Part shown: positions 1-12,532 of the stretch, one piece after another
How positions within the stretch are numbered: position 1 is the first letter of the stretch
Layout of the letters: each line of letters begins with the position of its first letter
Source: Prorocentrum cordatum
Taxonomy: Eukaryota
Length of the DNA stretch: 64,000 bases
Reading direction: 5' to 3'
NCBI GenBank assembly: GCA_963575745.1
Contig: CAUYUJ010000248.1
Span: 496,001-560,000, forward strand
Program-made: the position numbers and the translations under genes
The notes under the pieces: model-generated
What the model was told of the DNA's origin: nothing
The model's input: only the letters and a program-made list of their open reading frames with translations
Database searches by the model: none

Positions 1-21
1 GCGCCTACTGGAGGTTGCACC

Positions 22-690
22 TTGAGGAGTACGATTGCGTCAGAATTCATATCAGCGCCGACCGTAGGTGACGCCTGGAGGATCACGCTTTCGAGTGGGT
101 CACCCTCCGCGTTGTCTGGGGCTACCACCTTGAGGAGTGCGACCGCGACTGTATCAGCTTCCGCGCCTAGTGGGAGTTCAACCTCGGGTTCTGCGACCGC
201 GACTGGAACAGCTTCCGCGCCGACTGGGGGCACCGCTCAGAACAGTACGACCGCGCCTGGATCAGCCTCCGCGCCGTCAAGGAGTACCACCATGCGAAGT
301 GCGACCATGCTTGGATCTGCTTCCGCACCGACTGAGGGGGCCACTCTGGTAAGTACGACCGTGCTGGGTTCAGCTTCAACGCCGACTGGGGGTACCATCC
401 TGAAAAATACGACCGCGCTTGAACCCGCTTCCGCGCCGTCCAGGAGCACCATTCGGCAAAGTACGACCGCGCTTGGATCAGCTTCAGCGGCCCCGTCGGG
501 TATTACTTCGTGGTGTACTGGTCCATCCGCGGCTTCTTCTACTGCTGTAAGTACGCTGCGTCCTTCCACGCCTGGTCGAGCTTCCACATCGCCTGGGGGT
601 ACCACTTTTGTAGAATACGATTGCGACTGGATCTCCTACCACCCTGAGGAATTCGGCCGCATCCGGGTCTACTTCCGCGCCGACTGGGGA
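22..690 (+). repeat. Degenerate 54-bp (18-codon) tandem repeat, coding-like
   Basis: Motif (G/A)CGACC recurs at 139, 193, 247, 301, 355, 409, 463 (exact 54-bp period). One frame is S/T/A/P-rich; another reads YDRAWISFRADWGYH-like units with internal stops. Confidence 0.85.
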
Positions 691-1107
691 GGGCAGCGGC
701 GACAACGACATCAAGCCCCATAGCTCGAAGTTGCCGAACGAGTCCGAGGGCCACTGCGACGCGCGCCCTTGCCGCCGGATTCTGGCCCGTGGTTTTTGAA
801 GTTGGGATTCGCGCGCTTCGTCCTCACAATCTGGCACCTCCAGTGGACTCCGACGACGACGACCTCGAGCCTGGCGGCGTTGCGACATCTTCATCTCGGT
901 ACTTGCGTTCACCGACCAGCGGCCCCGTTCCGCCCAATGATCGCTTTAACTCCAATGTCGGCCACGTCTTCCGCGGCCGCTTCAATGGGGACAACGACCA
1001 TATCATCTACGGCCTCGCGCCGAATGCCTTTATTATCTGAGCGCGGGAAGGCCTGCCCCCGTCCGGCGTAGCGGGGGGAGGGCGGACCGCGCATGAGGTC
1101 ATTGCCG

Positions 1108-1199
1108 CTCCTCCTCCTCCTCCTCCTCCTCCTCCTCCTCCTCCTCCTCCTCCTCCTCCCCCTCCCCCTCCTCCTGCTCCTCCCCCTTCTCCTCCTCCT
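1108..1199. repeat. (CCT)n microsatellite
   Basis: Direct reading. Confidence 0.95.
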
Positions 1200-1265
1200 A
1201 GCAGCAGTGTGGAACGGAGCGCGGCAGAGTGCCACAGAGCGCGCAACGCTATGTTTTCCCGCCTG

Positions 1266-1287
1266 GCCGCAACTATTGCGGCTCAAG
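1266..1287 (+). other. Degenerate dinoflagellate spliced-leader relic
   Basis: GCCGCAACTATTGCGGCTCAAG, 17/22 to the DinoSL, ~140 nt upstream of the ATG at 1429. Confidence 0.5.
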
Positions 1288-1428
1288 CGGTCTTTCTTGT
1301 GGCGGCGAATGGGGGATTTCGGCTGGAGACCCCCACCCGAAAGCTCCAGCCGCCGAGAGCTCCTGGGCCAGCGATTTGCGGGTCTCGCCGCGCGCGCTGG
1401 CGATCTCGACCACTGCCAACGCTTGCCT

Positions 1429-2788
1429 CATGATTGAACATCAGCCAGAGGCCGAAGATCCTGATAATTTGCGGGAAATGGAGATGTTCATCGACACAGC
1501 AAAGAAGATATACGAATTTGCTGAGAAAAAGGGAAAACACTAACCGGGAACGCATTCGGATTCGCGGAAGAAGTTTGCAGCCACTATTGCACAGCAGATC
1601 CGCAGCCACTATTGTACAGCAGATCCGAAGCGCGGCACCAGAATTCGTTCCTACCCTTGTGATCGCCGCCAAGAGCAAGCGGTCACAGCCTCGCACTGAA
1701 GGCGAATCTGTTGCGAGCGGAAGCAGACTGCCTACTCCCCCTGCGCCACCGCCCGGCCCAGCCGCGGCGGCGAGCTTACCTGAGCCCCCGCCTGGCCCAG
1801 CCAGAGCGGAGGCCAAACCGACGCAGGGAGATCAGATGATGGTTGATTCGAATGCTGCTGCTGCGCCACACGCTGCGCCTCATGAGGTTGCCGAACCGCC
1901 CCCCACCAGAGATGTTCCGAGCTCTTCCGATGAGGAGGCTGCTCCCGCTGCAAAGGCACCGCCGCCAGCCGTCGCTTCGAGTGTATATAACGCGGCGGAG
2001 CCTTCCTCTGTGGACCGAACCCCGGGCGCCCCAGACACACCGGGCTCCCTTGAGGCCAGCCCAGATCTTACCCATCTCAATGACTTCCCGCATCAAGAGG
2101 ATCCTGAACTCATTCCCATTGAGGAGGAACATTATCGATCTGGCCCAGCCTCTGCCAACTTCTTCTGCAGAGCAAGGTTGCCACCTTCCCCCGATAAGCG
2201 GCAGCATAAACCGACGGACGCTTCGCCCCAAGAGGGCGATCAGGAAATTAATGTCGGGCACGCTGACCACTCTAGGGGCAAAGAGCTTTATCTTTCGCTG
2301 GAAGAACGCACTCGCGTTATTAATCGTACGCCCACCGATCTGAAGCGGAGGGTTCGAGAGGCCCACGCTACGGGCCCTGTGCCCCCTCGGGTAGAGGCCA
2401 TTCGCAATAAGAGGCTTAGTACGCTCAAACACGTTGCGGAGCTCGTTGAAGATCCCATATTTGCACTATTGGGCGAACTTCCGTAGACATGGGCACTTTT
2501 GAACAGGTGCGAGATTTTCTCCGTGCTGAGTTTGACTCTGATGATGTTCCCAGCGGATTTGATCCTCAGTCTTTTAAGGCCTTGACCCCATTGGTTGCGG
2601 GGGTCACTGATCGCGAGAATCCGGCGGCCCTAGGCTGCACGGATTTTTGGCGACCCCAAAGTTGTCGAATAGACGGGTTCACTAAGCGCATTGGTTATCC
2701 GCAAGGGCTTCGCCCCCTGCCGCCGGCCCCCTCTCTCGGAGAATGGGCCATGGAAGAGCTAAGTCATGAGGCCTTGGCGCTGTCGTGA
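1429..2788 (+). pseudogene. Frameshifted intronless hypothetical coding region (Pro/Ala-rich middle)
   Basis: Protein-like segments in ORFs 1229-1543, 1434-2486 and 2489-2788 join by single-base shifts (A/G run ~1530; CCGTAGACATG at ~2485). No recognisable domain. Confidence 0.45.
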
Positions 2789-2980
2789 AGCAGCAACGAA
2801 ACTTCATGCGAAGCCGATTCGCAATCAGCAAAACCAACTGATCACAAGAGGGGTCACCACACCTGGCGACTGGTAAGACGTGTATGGTTTACGGGCTTGG
2901 TTACCACACCATGCGATTAAAGGGCCGAGAGAGTTCTCGCAGTTTGGGTTGCCACGCCTTGCGATGGACGCGCGCGAAGG

Positions 2981-3420
2981 GTGGCACCGAATTTCAGAAA
3001 TGTAGCAAATCCCTTGTGTTTTTGGACCCTGACCCCGCGGATCTGCGTAAGGGGCGGCGCCGAATTTTCGAAATGTAGCAAATCACTTGTGTTTTTGGAC
3101 GCTGGCCCCGCGGATCTGCGTGAGGGGTGGCACCGAATTTCAGAAATGTTGCAAATCCCTTGTGTTTGTTGGACCCTGACCCCGCGGATCTGCGCGACGG
3201 GTGGCACCGAATTTCAGAAATGTGGCAAATCCTGTGTTTTTGGACCCTGACCCCGCGGATCTGCGCGAGGGGTGGCACCGAATTTCAGAAATGTTGCAAA
3301 TCTCTTGTATTTTTTGACCCTGGCCCCGCGGATCTGCGTGAGGGGTGGATTGAATTTCAGAAATGTGGCAAATCCCCTGTGTTTTTGGACCCTGACCCCG
3401 CGGATCTGCGTGAGGGGTGT
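2981..3420. repeat. Tandem repeat, ~73-bp unit x6
   Basis: Units GTGGCACCGAATTTCAGAAATGT..CAAATC..TGTGTTTTTGGACCCTGACCCCGCGGATCTGCG start at ~2981, 3055, 3127, 3201, 3272, 3345. Confidence 0.95.
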
Positions 3421-3745
3421 CCATGTCGAGCCCCCCAGCAATTCAGACAACGCGCCCAGGAGACGCTAAAAGTTTTGTTTGCCCCCCCCCCTCGCGCGCG
3501 CGGTCAATCAACTACTTACAGCAACCAGCAAGAAGTCAAATAGTTACAGTAACCAGCAAGAAGCAGAACTGTAACACTGGAAACTAGAAACTACAACTGG
3601 CACAGGAAACTGCGAATCACGGGCCTCGCAGCCTGGTGGCCCCACAAGGGGGCCGGCGGATTTCGCGACGTATCTCGCGAGACATTGTCCTGATTGTGCG
3701 AGGTCTTCGGGAGGTCGGGTCTACTTCGGAGACCTGGTTGAGAAG

Positions 3746-6700
3746 ATGGACGACAATGGATTTAAATACCAAACATATGCACTTGCTGCACACGGCCTAG
3801 CCGCGTTGCAGCCGGGGACTGTGGAAGTCCTTGGTGTGCTCCCTGATGACGGCGCCAGCATCAAGGAGACGGTCGTTTACAAATTGTGGCGTGAATTCAA
3901 AGCCTGGCCCATTCAAGGGGAGGAGAGGACTAACTGCCCCATTCCTGTTTTCTATCGAGCGTGCCAGGGACATTCCACTTTTGTTGCTTCAATTGAGAGA
4001 ATGTACGTGCCTTATGACCCTGACCTAGCCAGGTGTCATGGGCCCCTCCTTCATACCACTGACATGGAGACGTTGGTGGAATCCATGGTCGGAGAAGTCC
4101 AGTTCCCAAAAAGCGACTCGGGCTTTGCCTCGAGGCGGATTACGACTTGTTGAGGCTCCTTCCGACCAAGAAGGATCCGAGCATGCCAAGCCCAGACCAT
4201 TTTCCCTCCCGGCTAAGCCAGCGAAGGCATGGAGAACCTGCTCCTGTGAAGACGCACCATGCCATGGGCAGTGACCCACAGCCAAGAGAGCCTCCATCGA
4301 TTGGCGCATGGCCCGCAGTGGACACAGTCCTTCTGTGGGACCAGCTTCCGACTCACCGAGAATCCTGGCCGTTAACTCTTGTTTTCAATGGCCGTGTGCT
4401 CACCCGCTTCTCGTGCCGGGTTTGCCAGGGCGGGACTCTCGCGTCCCGCGAGGTGCCGAGGTTCACTGACATCGACAAAGCCGTCACCCTTGCCAAAGTC
4501 AGCGACTGGTGGGATCGCGACGAAAAGCGAATGTCTTGATCAATTGTCTTCAATCAGGAGTGGACCTCATACGAGGCAAATGTTGATAACACCTCGATGC
4601 TCGGTTGGATCCACACTGACGAGACTTTGACGTTGCTCCCAGAATATAGGCATCCGTTGCCTAAAAGGGCAGACGAATTTATTCAGTCTGTCCCCTGGGA
4701 GGACGATGGTCGGTTCCTCTGTGCTGGATTGCACTGGGTGCGAACTGGCTTTGGCCGTTGCCCCTCTTGTGGTAATCCAGTAAAGTATAAGTACATGGTT
4801 GCCCATATTTTTTTGCTTCAGTCTTACAGACAAAAGATCATTGAAAACTCGCTTTGGAACAATGGCAGTTTGTTGCATGTTGTCAACCTTTCGACGCTTC
4901 CTTGGAAGCGTGATCGTTATGTTGGCGAGCGAATAAAAGACAACGGAGAGCTTCGGCGGATGTAATGATCAACATAAACAACCATCTGAAGCTGGAGCGC
5001 AAATTGGCAACAAATGATCTGCATCTTATCTCTTGGCTGCTTCGGGTCAAACCTTTGGAAACAGCCCCCCGGGTAGTGTTCCTGCCTGCGTTCCTGAGCG
5101 CGTCGCGGCCCAGCCGCCGGCGCGCCACGGCCCCTTCTCTCAGTATCTTGAATCTCTGAAGAGACGATTCATAAAATGGCTTGCACATTTGGCTGCGAGA
5201 GAAGGGATTCAGGCCCCACCGCTCTCCGAGCGGTGGCCCTTACTCTGGGCGACAGAAATTGACCAGCATGCGCGCCCCTTGTCTTGTCTCGCTCTGGCTG
5301 CCTTTGAATGGCCAGAGGCACTTGACTCGCACGTCGAACCCATTGAAGGTTGGATTGAATGGGAACGCAGCATGCAAGCGACGAACACTTTTGTGCCAAC
5401 TCTTCGGACATTGCGCGACGCAAGAACGGGGGCAGCACCCTGGCTGCCCGTTGCCCAGGGCACCGCTATGGACGCCACAGGGCCCAGCCCTCGTGGACGT
5501 CCACCGGTTGCCTGGGCAGATAATTTTGTAGCACGCCCTCGTCGTGCTTCCAGTCCGTCAGCAGGCGTAACAAAAACCGTGACGGCAGGTGATGAGAAAA
5601 ACGTAGAGATGACCTTTGATTTCACCGCAGTCTGCGGGTCCCAGACCCAGCAGATGCTTGACGGGAGGATCGATCTCGATCAGCCCAATGGACTAGTGTA
5701 CACTCATCGCGATGACAGATCATTGAGCATCACGTTGACCGAGAACGGAGCCATTGATGTGGCGGCTCAATATGTCACGGAGTACACCAGCTATCGCCCG
5801 GACACAAACGAGCCTGAAAGGTTACAACTGACGGGTGAAGTAACACACGATGTTCCGGAAGACGTGCGGCAGACCATTGAATGGGATTGGCAGGTTCCTG
5901 TTCAAGAATTGGAGTTGGGTCTCCGCATCATTCGCGTGATTGTGATTGTTCGTGAGTTCATTAGTTGTTTCACTGCCGAGGGATATTATATTGCATACCC
6001 TTCGGCGGGCTTTCTTGCTCGCGGCACAGGCGTAGGGCACGATGATGACAAGCGTCTAACGGACGCATACGCGCTTGATTGCCGTGTTCGCGCGGCGATC
6101 GAGACAAGACCTCATTGAGGAATGGGCCCATGGCTTGGGCAGACAGGGTTGTACCGATATCCGTCGTCAGGGCATGAAGCTGCAAGGGGCTATCTACTGG
6201 TTATATCCATACGTGGAAGCAACTGAGTTCCAAGACAAAGATGAAGGCCCCTTTCGCAGTGCCTGTGGCAAGTTTGGCACTTTTGTTGCTTATGCCGCAA
6301 GGGATATTATCAGACATGCTAGAAAGCAACGAGTGACGAGTGTTCGTGAAAGGGGAGGCGCTGATGGGCCCTCCGACGGCCAAGCCGATACGGAAGGGAT
6401 CCCTTTGGCGAAAGCGAGGCCCAGCCCAGCTGTTCGCCCCGATCCGCCTCCTCCGCCTCGTAGACCCGACGTCCAAGACGATCGGGCTAACGATGGCGTC
6501 ACTGAATCTCCATACTCTGCCGGCGGTCAAACCGGCGCGGCAGGAGATGAGTACTCGTGGGATTCTTCCGACAGGGGCACATGGGATTGGTCTAGGCCCT
6601 CACGCGCGCGCGCGGCGGCGCCATGGCTGCCAGGCGCGCGGCCGGTGACTACAACCCCGCGATCCACTACCCGCACTACACGGATGATGAACTGGATGGA

Positions 6701-6991
6701 TTCTGGGTTCACCGTGACGTGATACACTGGATGAATCCCAGAGACAACCGGGATCGCGCATGGCACTTTGTGTTTCTGAATGACTACAACTACTACTTCC
6801 CGAGAAGGGAAGGAAAGGGATACTCCAAGAACAAGAACAAGAACAAGGACAAATACAACAGGCCAGCTCCCTACGTTGGCCGTGGTAAGGGACATAGATC
6901 AGCCTTGCCCTATTGGGCTGCTGACCAGACGGGAGGTTCGTCGTCTTCACATCCGAGACCTCCGTCTCCGCCGTCGGGGCGGTTCCTATAG
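3746..6991 (+). pseudogene. Chain of abutting/overlapping + strand ORFs; probably one frameshifted gene or element ORF of unknown function
   Basis: ORFs 3746-4153, 4147-4539, 4597-4965, 5033-6118, 6075-6722 and 6623-6991 tile the region on one strand with complex sequence. CxxC pairs (CRVC, CPSC); no microsatellites. Confidence 0.5.
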
Positions 6992-7460
6992 CACAAGAAG
7001 TGAGAACAGGCAAAGCCCGGGCGACAAAGTCGCAACGGGCGAGGCCGAGCGATAAAGTCGTTTCGGCAGAGAGAATGTATTTAACTATTGGTGGGATTCG
7101 TCGGGTTTCTCCGGCCCTAAGCCCCCTGGCAGCCACCGTTGAGCGGTAAAATACTTTTGGGGTTCGCTCCGGTGGCTGTAAATATGCGCAGGCCAGGCGG
7201 GCCGTGGCTGGTTGGACTCTAAAACCCGCCGCGGGGGGGGTAAATATGCTCCTCTCCGCCTCATTCTGCACTTGCCTCTTCTGCCGCCTGCCTTGCCACA
7301 CCTTGACACTGCGGTGCCACCCCGCAGCTATCTTGTACTCAAGCGAGAAAAGGAGCGCGCCAGCCCTCGGCCGCCGCGCGTCATCGGTCGTCGGCCGGCC
7401 GGACCTCCTCCCTTCCTATACTTGAGTGCAGTTGCTTAACGGTTACTTGTAGTTTCATCG

Positions 7461-8153
7461 ATGTCTCGCCCCGTCTCCTCTACTTCTGAGCAGAGTCAAC
7501 ATGAGACCTTAATCCCTTTGACATATTACCCCGATTCTGAGAGGAAAGACTTCAAGGCCAAGGTGCAAGAGCTTGCCAAGAAGAAGGACATCGGGCTCGG
7601 CGCCGAGAGCGCCAAGAGCCTCAACCACGGCTCCCACGCCGAGCGCGTCGGCAAGTCCCTCCCAGACATTCCCGCCGATCTCCTCCACCTGCACGACCTC
7701 GTGCTGCCGATCAGGAAGTTCGAGCCCGTCGAGCAGTGGGACGAGGGGCCCTCCGGCAATGCCGAGCAGCTCCTCGAGTTGATTCCGACCAAGGCCAAGC
7801 TGTGCGTCAAGTGGCGCCTCGAGTACGGCGCGGTCTCGATCAGTGACGGGACCGCCAAGGCCACCACGCGAGCGATTGTCAAGTGGCGCTGGACCGTCAA
7901 GAGGACAGCCGGCATGAATTACGAGCTCCAGGAGCGGAGATACCAGGACAAGCGCGCCAAGTTGGACTACTCGAAAACCGCCAAGCAGCAGGAGTTCGAG
8001 ACATCGCTTCTCGACTTGCAAGGCGCTCGCCAAGATCCACGCCGATTACGACCAGGCTGTCACGAACAAGCGCGAGGACGAGAGGAGGAGAGGAGCCAGG
8101 CCGACGCGAAAGCCGAGCCAGAGGCCGCCTCGTTCATGTTCGTGGACGCCTGA
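7461..8153 (+). CDS. Hypothetical Lys-rich protein (or exon), strong GC3 bias
   Basis: 230-aa ORF; from ~7540 codons end almost exclusively in G/C. The C-terminus may be frameshifted. Confidence 0.55.
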   Translation: MSRPVSSTSEQSQHETLIPLTYYPDSERKDFKAKVQELAKKKDIGLGAESAKSLNHGSHAERVGKSLPDIPADLLHLHDLVLPIRKFEPVEQWDEGPSGNAEQLLELIPTKAKLCVKWRLEYGAVSISDGTAKATTRAIVKWRWTVKRTAGMNYELQERRYQDKRAKLDYSKTAKQQEFETSLLDLQGARQDPRRLRPGCHEQARGREEERSQADAKAEPEAASFMFVDA

Positions 8154-8324
8154 GAGCCTGGCGCACGAGCGCCCCGAGCCAAGCGCTTCCGTGTTTTTCG
8201 CTACGAGGGCGCCCTTTCGAGGTGCACGCTCGAGCCCCACCTGCTTTTCAAGCTCCAAGAGAGAGTTCGAGCACGCGCGAGTGGCGTTCCAAGCTGCGGG
8301 CGCTACTCCCCCCCTCTCACCGAG

Positions 8325-9660
8325 TGATCCTCGATCAAGCATCCAGGAATCAAGCAGGCTCGATCCTCCATCCTCGGATCGAGGATCCGAGGTCTTGAGT
8401 CCGAGCATCTTCGAGCACCTTCCTTGGATCTTAGATCCGAGGGTCGCCAAGCTTGGACTCGAAGATTTCGGGTCCGCGATCCGAGGATTGAGGATCGAGC
8501 CTCCGAGAACCTCGATAGCAACCGTCGACGTCGTCAGGCCCAGGCCGCCATCAAGGAGGCTAGATCTTGGGATTGGGGATGCGAGATGTTGGCTCCGAGA
8601 ATATTCGAGCGCCATGGATCCTAGATCCGAGGATCGCCAAGCTTGGACTCGAAGATCCCAGGCTCGCCATCCGAAGCTCGAGGACCGAGCATCGGCGATA
8701 GTAGATCGCCCTCGTCGCCGCCCCCGGGCCCACACTGCCACCAAGCAGGCTCGATCTTCCATCCTCGGATCGAGGATCCGAGATCATGGTCTCGAGCATC
8801 TGCGAGCACCGCGGACCCTAGATCCGAGGGTCGCCAAGCTTGGACTCGAAGATCCCGGGTTAGACACCCGAGGCTCGAGGACCGAGCATCGGCGATAGTT
8901 GGTCGCCCTCGTCGCCGTCCCCGGGCCCACACTGCCACCAAGCAGGCTCGATCCTCCATCCTCGGATCGAGGATCCGAGATCATGGTCTCGAGCATCTGC
9001 GAGCACCGCGGACCCTAGATCCGAAGGTCGCCACGCGTGGACTCGAAGATCTCGGGTTCGACATCCGAGGCTCGTGGACCGAGCCTCGGCGATAGTTGGT
9101 AGATCGCCAGGCCGCCATCAAGGGGGCTCGATCCTTCATCCTCGGATCGGGGATCCGGGATCTCGGCGCCATGTGTCTCTGAGCGCCTTGGATCCTAGAT
9201 GCGGGGATCGCAACGCTTGGGCTCGAAGATCTCGGGTTCGACATCCGAGGCTCGAGGGCCGAGCCTCGGCGATAGTTGGTAGATCGCCCCCTCGCCGCCC
9301 TCGGGCGCTCAGGCCGCCATCAAGGGGGCTCGATCCTCCATCCTCGGATCGGGGATCCGAGATCTTGGTTCCAAGCATCTGAGCGCCTTGGATCCTAGAT
9401 CCGAGGATCGCAACGCTTGGACTCGAAGATCTCGGGTTCGACATCCGAGGCTCGAGGATCGAGCCTCGGCGATTGTCGATTTCCCTCGTCGCCGGGCCCA
9501 GACCGCCATCGAGCAGGCTCGATCCTTCATCCTCGGACCGAGGATTCGAGCCTTTTGTCTTGAGCATCTGCGAGCACCTCGGATCCTAGATCCGAGGATC
9601 GCCAAGCTTGGACTCCAGGATCCTGGGTTCTCGATCCGAGGATCAAGGGCTGAGCCTCCA
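8325..9660. repeat. Complex tandem repeat (~190-200 bp x7) built of GATC/TCGA/AAGCTT short palindromes
   Basis: GGCTCGATCCT(C/T)CATCCTCGGATCG.GGATCCG recurs near 8355, 8748, 8945, 9125, 9328, 9516. Confidence 0.9.
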
Positions 9661-9694
9661 CGCTTTTCGGTCACGCGCGCGCGCAAACGCGCGC

Positions 9695-9698
9695 GCAC

Positions 9699-9765
<67 letters not shown>

Positions 9766-9776
9766 CACACACACAC
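9695..9776. repeat. (CA)n microsatellite
   Basis: Direct reading. Confidence 0.95.
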
Positions 9777-12030
9777 TTTTTCGGTCTGCGGGGCGAGGGC
9801 GAACCTCTTCCGATAAAAGTTAAGCGGGCTACGCACAGCTCTAACTGGGGAGACAGGGCACAGGCGGGCGGGGCCTCAGGCGGCCGGAGAGGGCGGGGCC
9901 CAGGGCGCAGGCGGTGTCGAGGAGCTTGCACAGGAAAAGGAAGGCCTTGGACAGGAGCCGGAGGCGAAGATCCGGAGGCTGAGCGATGTGGTGTTGCCGT
10001 CAACGGCACTCCGTAAACACCAGCCTCAAGCGCTGCATAGAAGGACGTTGCACGCGACCAGGTCGACGTCCAGGGGGGGGAAGTCCACCGTGAAGGCGAT
10101 GGGCAACGTTGTGCCACCAGATGGTGTGGGGGAGGCCCAGGAGAAGAGGAGCACCACGAAGGTGATGCGCATCGTTGTGCCACGGGGTGGTCGGAAGCGG
10201 CCCGGGGTGGTAGTCCAATCCACGACCGGGAAGTAGCCAGCAAGAGGCGCGGCCAGAGACGAGGGCCGTCCACGTCCGACAGGATGTCGGTGGAGTGCAG
10301 GGAGGATACCTGACCTGCACAGTCAGCGCGCGAAGACGGGCGGGAGCCACACACGATGCGCTGACGCCCGCGTGGCCGGGGGCCGGGCCAGAGCCGCACA
10401 GCGCCGAGGCGAGCGGGGCCGCCGAGGCGGCAAGGCGCAGCGCCCAGCACCGGGCCGAAGCCGCGCAGCGCCGGGCGCCGCCGCCATGGGAGGGGGGGAA
10501 GCGAGCGGGGGGGGGCGAAGGGAACAGGGGGGAGAGAGGCCGGCATCCCACGCCAGCCGAAGTCGCGACAGCCCGCACCGTGGGCGCTCACGTGGGGGAC
10601 AGGGCCCCTAATGGGCACAGGTAGAACACAAGGTCCCATAGCAGGTAAAGACAGGGCGTGCCACGCCAGTCGTAGACGCTTCAGTCCGCATCGCAGGTGT
10701 TCACAGGGGGAACGACCCCCGATGGGCACAGGCGGGACACAAGGTCCCAGATCCTTCAGAGACGGGAGAGGGGGAAGGGCGGAGACGGAAAAGACGGGGA
10801 CCAGGTGGAGCGGCAAGCAGTCGTAGCCCGTGGAACGCGGGCGCCACAAGGGCAACGGGGTGCAGGTGGGGGGGCAGGGAAGGACACGCGGCCCAGGGCA
10901 ACGGGGTGCAGGTGGGGGGGAAAAGGGAGGACACACGGTCCCAAGTCAGGTGAAAAAGGGGGGATGGGGGCCAGGGGCACAGGTGGTGGGAGTGCGGAGA
11001 CGATTGCGTCGCGCTGCCATAGGGCGAGGGGGTCAGGTCGTCGGCTGGTCAGCGCCGCAGGCGCTTTTCAGTCCAGGCGTCGTGGTACCCAGGGTGCGCG
11101 CCTGGTCCTCTTCGCGCCCGCCACCCTTGGCGACCCCCCTTTTCCTCTGTACGTCCTGGCACAGCCTCTGCTCCCTATCCAAGTCCACGTAGACGCCAGC
11201 GCTGCGGGGCCACGCCGCCACGCGATGGTTGTTGGTGCTCATGTCATTCAGGAATTTGCCAATGATCCAATACACCGCCAGCGGCTCGGGTCGAAAGGGA
11301 CCTGGTCTTTGGATTTGCCTTTGCCCTGCTCCTTGCACATGTGCCTGCACCACGAATGCCAGGCTGCGTTGAAGTGGCACCCCCCTTTCCACCTGCAGCC
11401 TCTTCAGGTGTGTGACTGCTGTCTCGCGTGGGCGGCGCTGCCAGCCAACGCGGAAGATTGCCCGCGTCCGGCTGGTGTCGGGGCGGCGGCGATCGCCCCT
11501 GTGGTAAGAGCTGCGCGATTCTGGCTGGCGCCAGGGGGGGCTCTCTGCGCCCCTGCCACCGCCGTGGCCTCGGTCCCCGTTGCGCCCCCTGGGCGCAGGG
11601 GGCGCAAGGGAGGCACGGGCGCAAGGGGGCCTCAGGGGAGGCAAGGGAGGGAGGCAAGGGTGCCAGCGAGACGCAAGGAGGCAAGGGTGCAAGGGGACCT
11701 CTTCGTCGGAGTCGTGAGGAACCATCGCTGCTGGTCTAAAGGGTTCTGCTTCGCTTGGAAAGGTCTGCTGGCCGCCAGGGTTGCTCGGTGGGGCTTCGGG
11801 ACTCAGACATCGGAGGGCGCGAATGTCAGGGTTGCCAGCGAGTTGGCGCGGATGCTTTTTAGTCATGTTAGAATTGTGAGGATGCTGCTGCTGACACCGG
11901 GGGGCTGTCACCACGTCGTTGTCGTAGTTCTCGTCCTCCGACATTTCCACCGCCGATTCCTGACTGCCAGAACCGTGCGGAACGTCTCCGTTCCCTTCGC
12001 TGTGAGTCCGGATGGTCCGCTGTGAGTCCG

Positions 12031-12445
12031 GATGGTCGCCCGTCGTCGCCACGGGGCGTCGAGGTGGTCCGTGCTCAGGGCGGCCGTCGGGGAAGGGGCT
12101 GGGGCTCGAGACACTGCGATTTGCATGTGGCCTCGCGGGCCCCATTTCACCTTGGGAATTCGAATATATCGAAACCGCGTTCCATTCTGGTCTAACAGGC
12201 CCCATTTCAGCCGTGGCAGGATCCTCCGGACGGTCGTCTGTCGTCGTCACGGGGCGCCGAGGTGGCGCGTGCTCAGGGCGGTCGTCGAGGAAGGGGCCGG
12301 GGCTCGAGACACCGCGATTTGCATCTGGCCTAACGAGCCCCATTTCACCTTCGAGATTCGATAATATCGAAATCACGCCCCCTTTTGGCCTAACGGGCCC
12401 CATTTCAACAGTGGCAGGATCCTCCGGACGGTCGTCAGTCGCCCT
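12031..12445 (-). repeat. 198-bp (66-codon) direct repeat x2 plus a partial third copy
   Basis: GATGGTCGCCCGTCGTCGCCACGGGGCG at 12031 vs GACGGTCGTCTGTCGTCGTCACGGGGCG at 12229; DDRPEDPAT.EMGPVRP occurs twice in ORF 11033-13051. Confidence 0.85.
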
Positions 12446-12532
12446 GGTCACCACGGCTGGGCCCGCTTCGAAAGTCTGAGTTCCTGGCCCCGTGAAGGGA
12501 GAGGTAAAAGAAGGAGGAGGGGCGCCCTCCAA

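Noticed and set aside
2981..3420. CRISPR-like regular array (also 30796-31262, 57790-59060)
   Set aside because: Whole units repeat with no unique spacers; no cas genes; eukaryotic context.
7421..7442. SL relic on the - strand (also 39959-39983)
   Set aside because: Too many mismatches to distinguish from chance.
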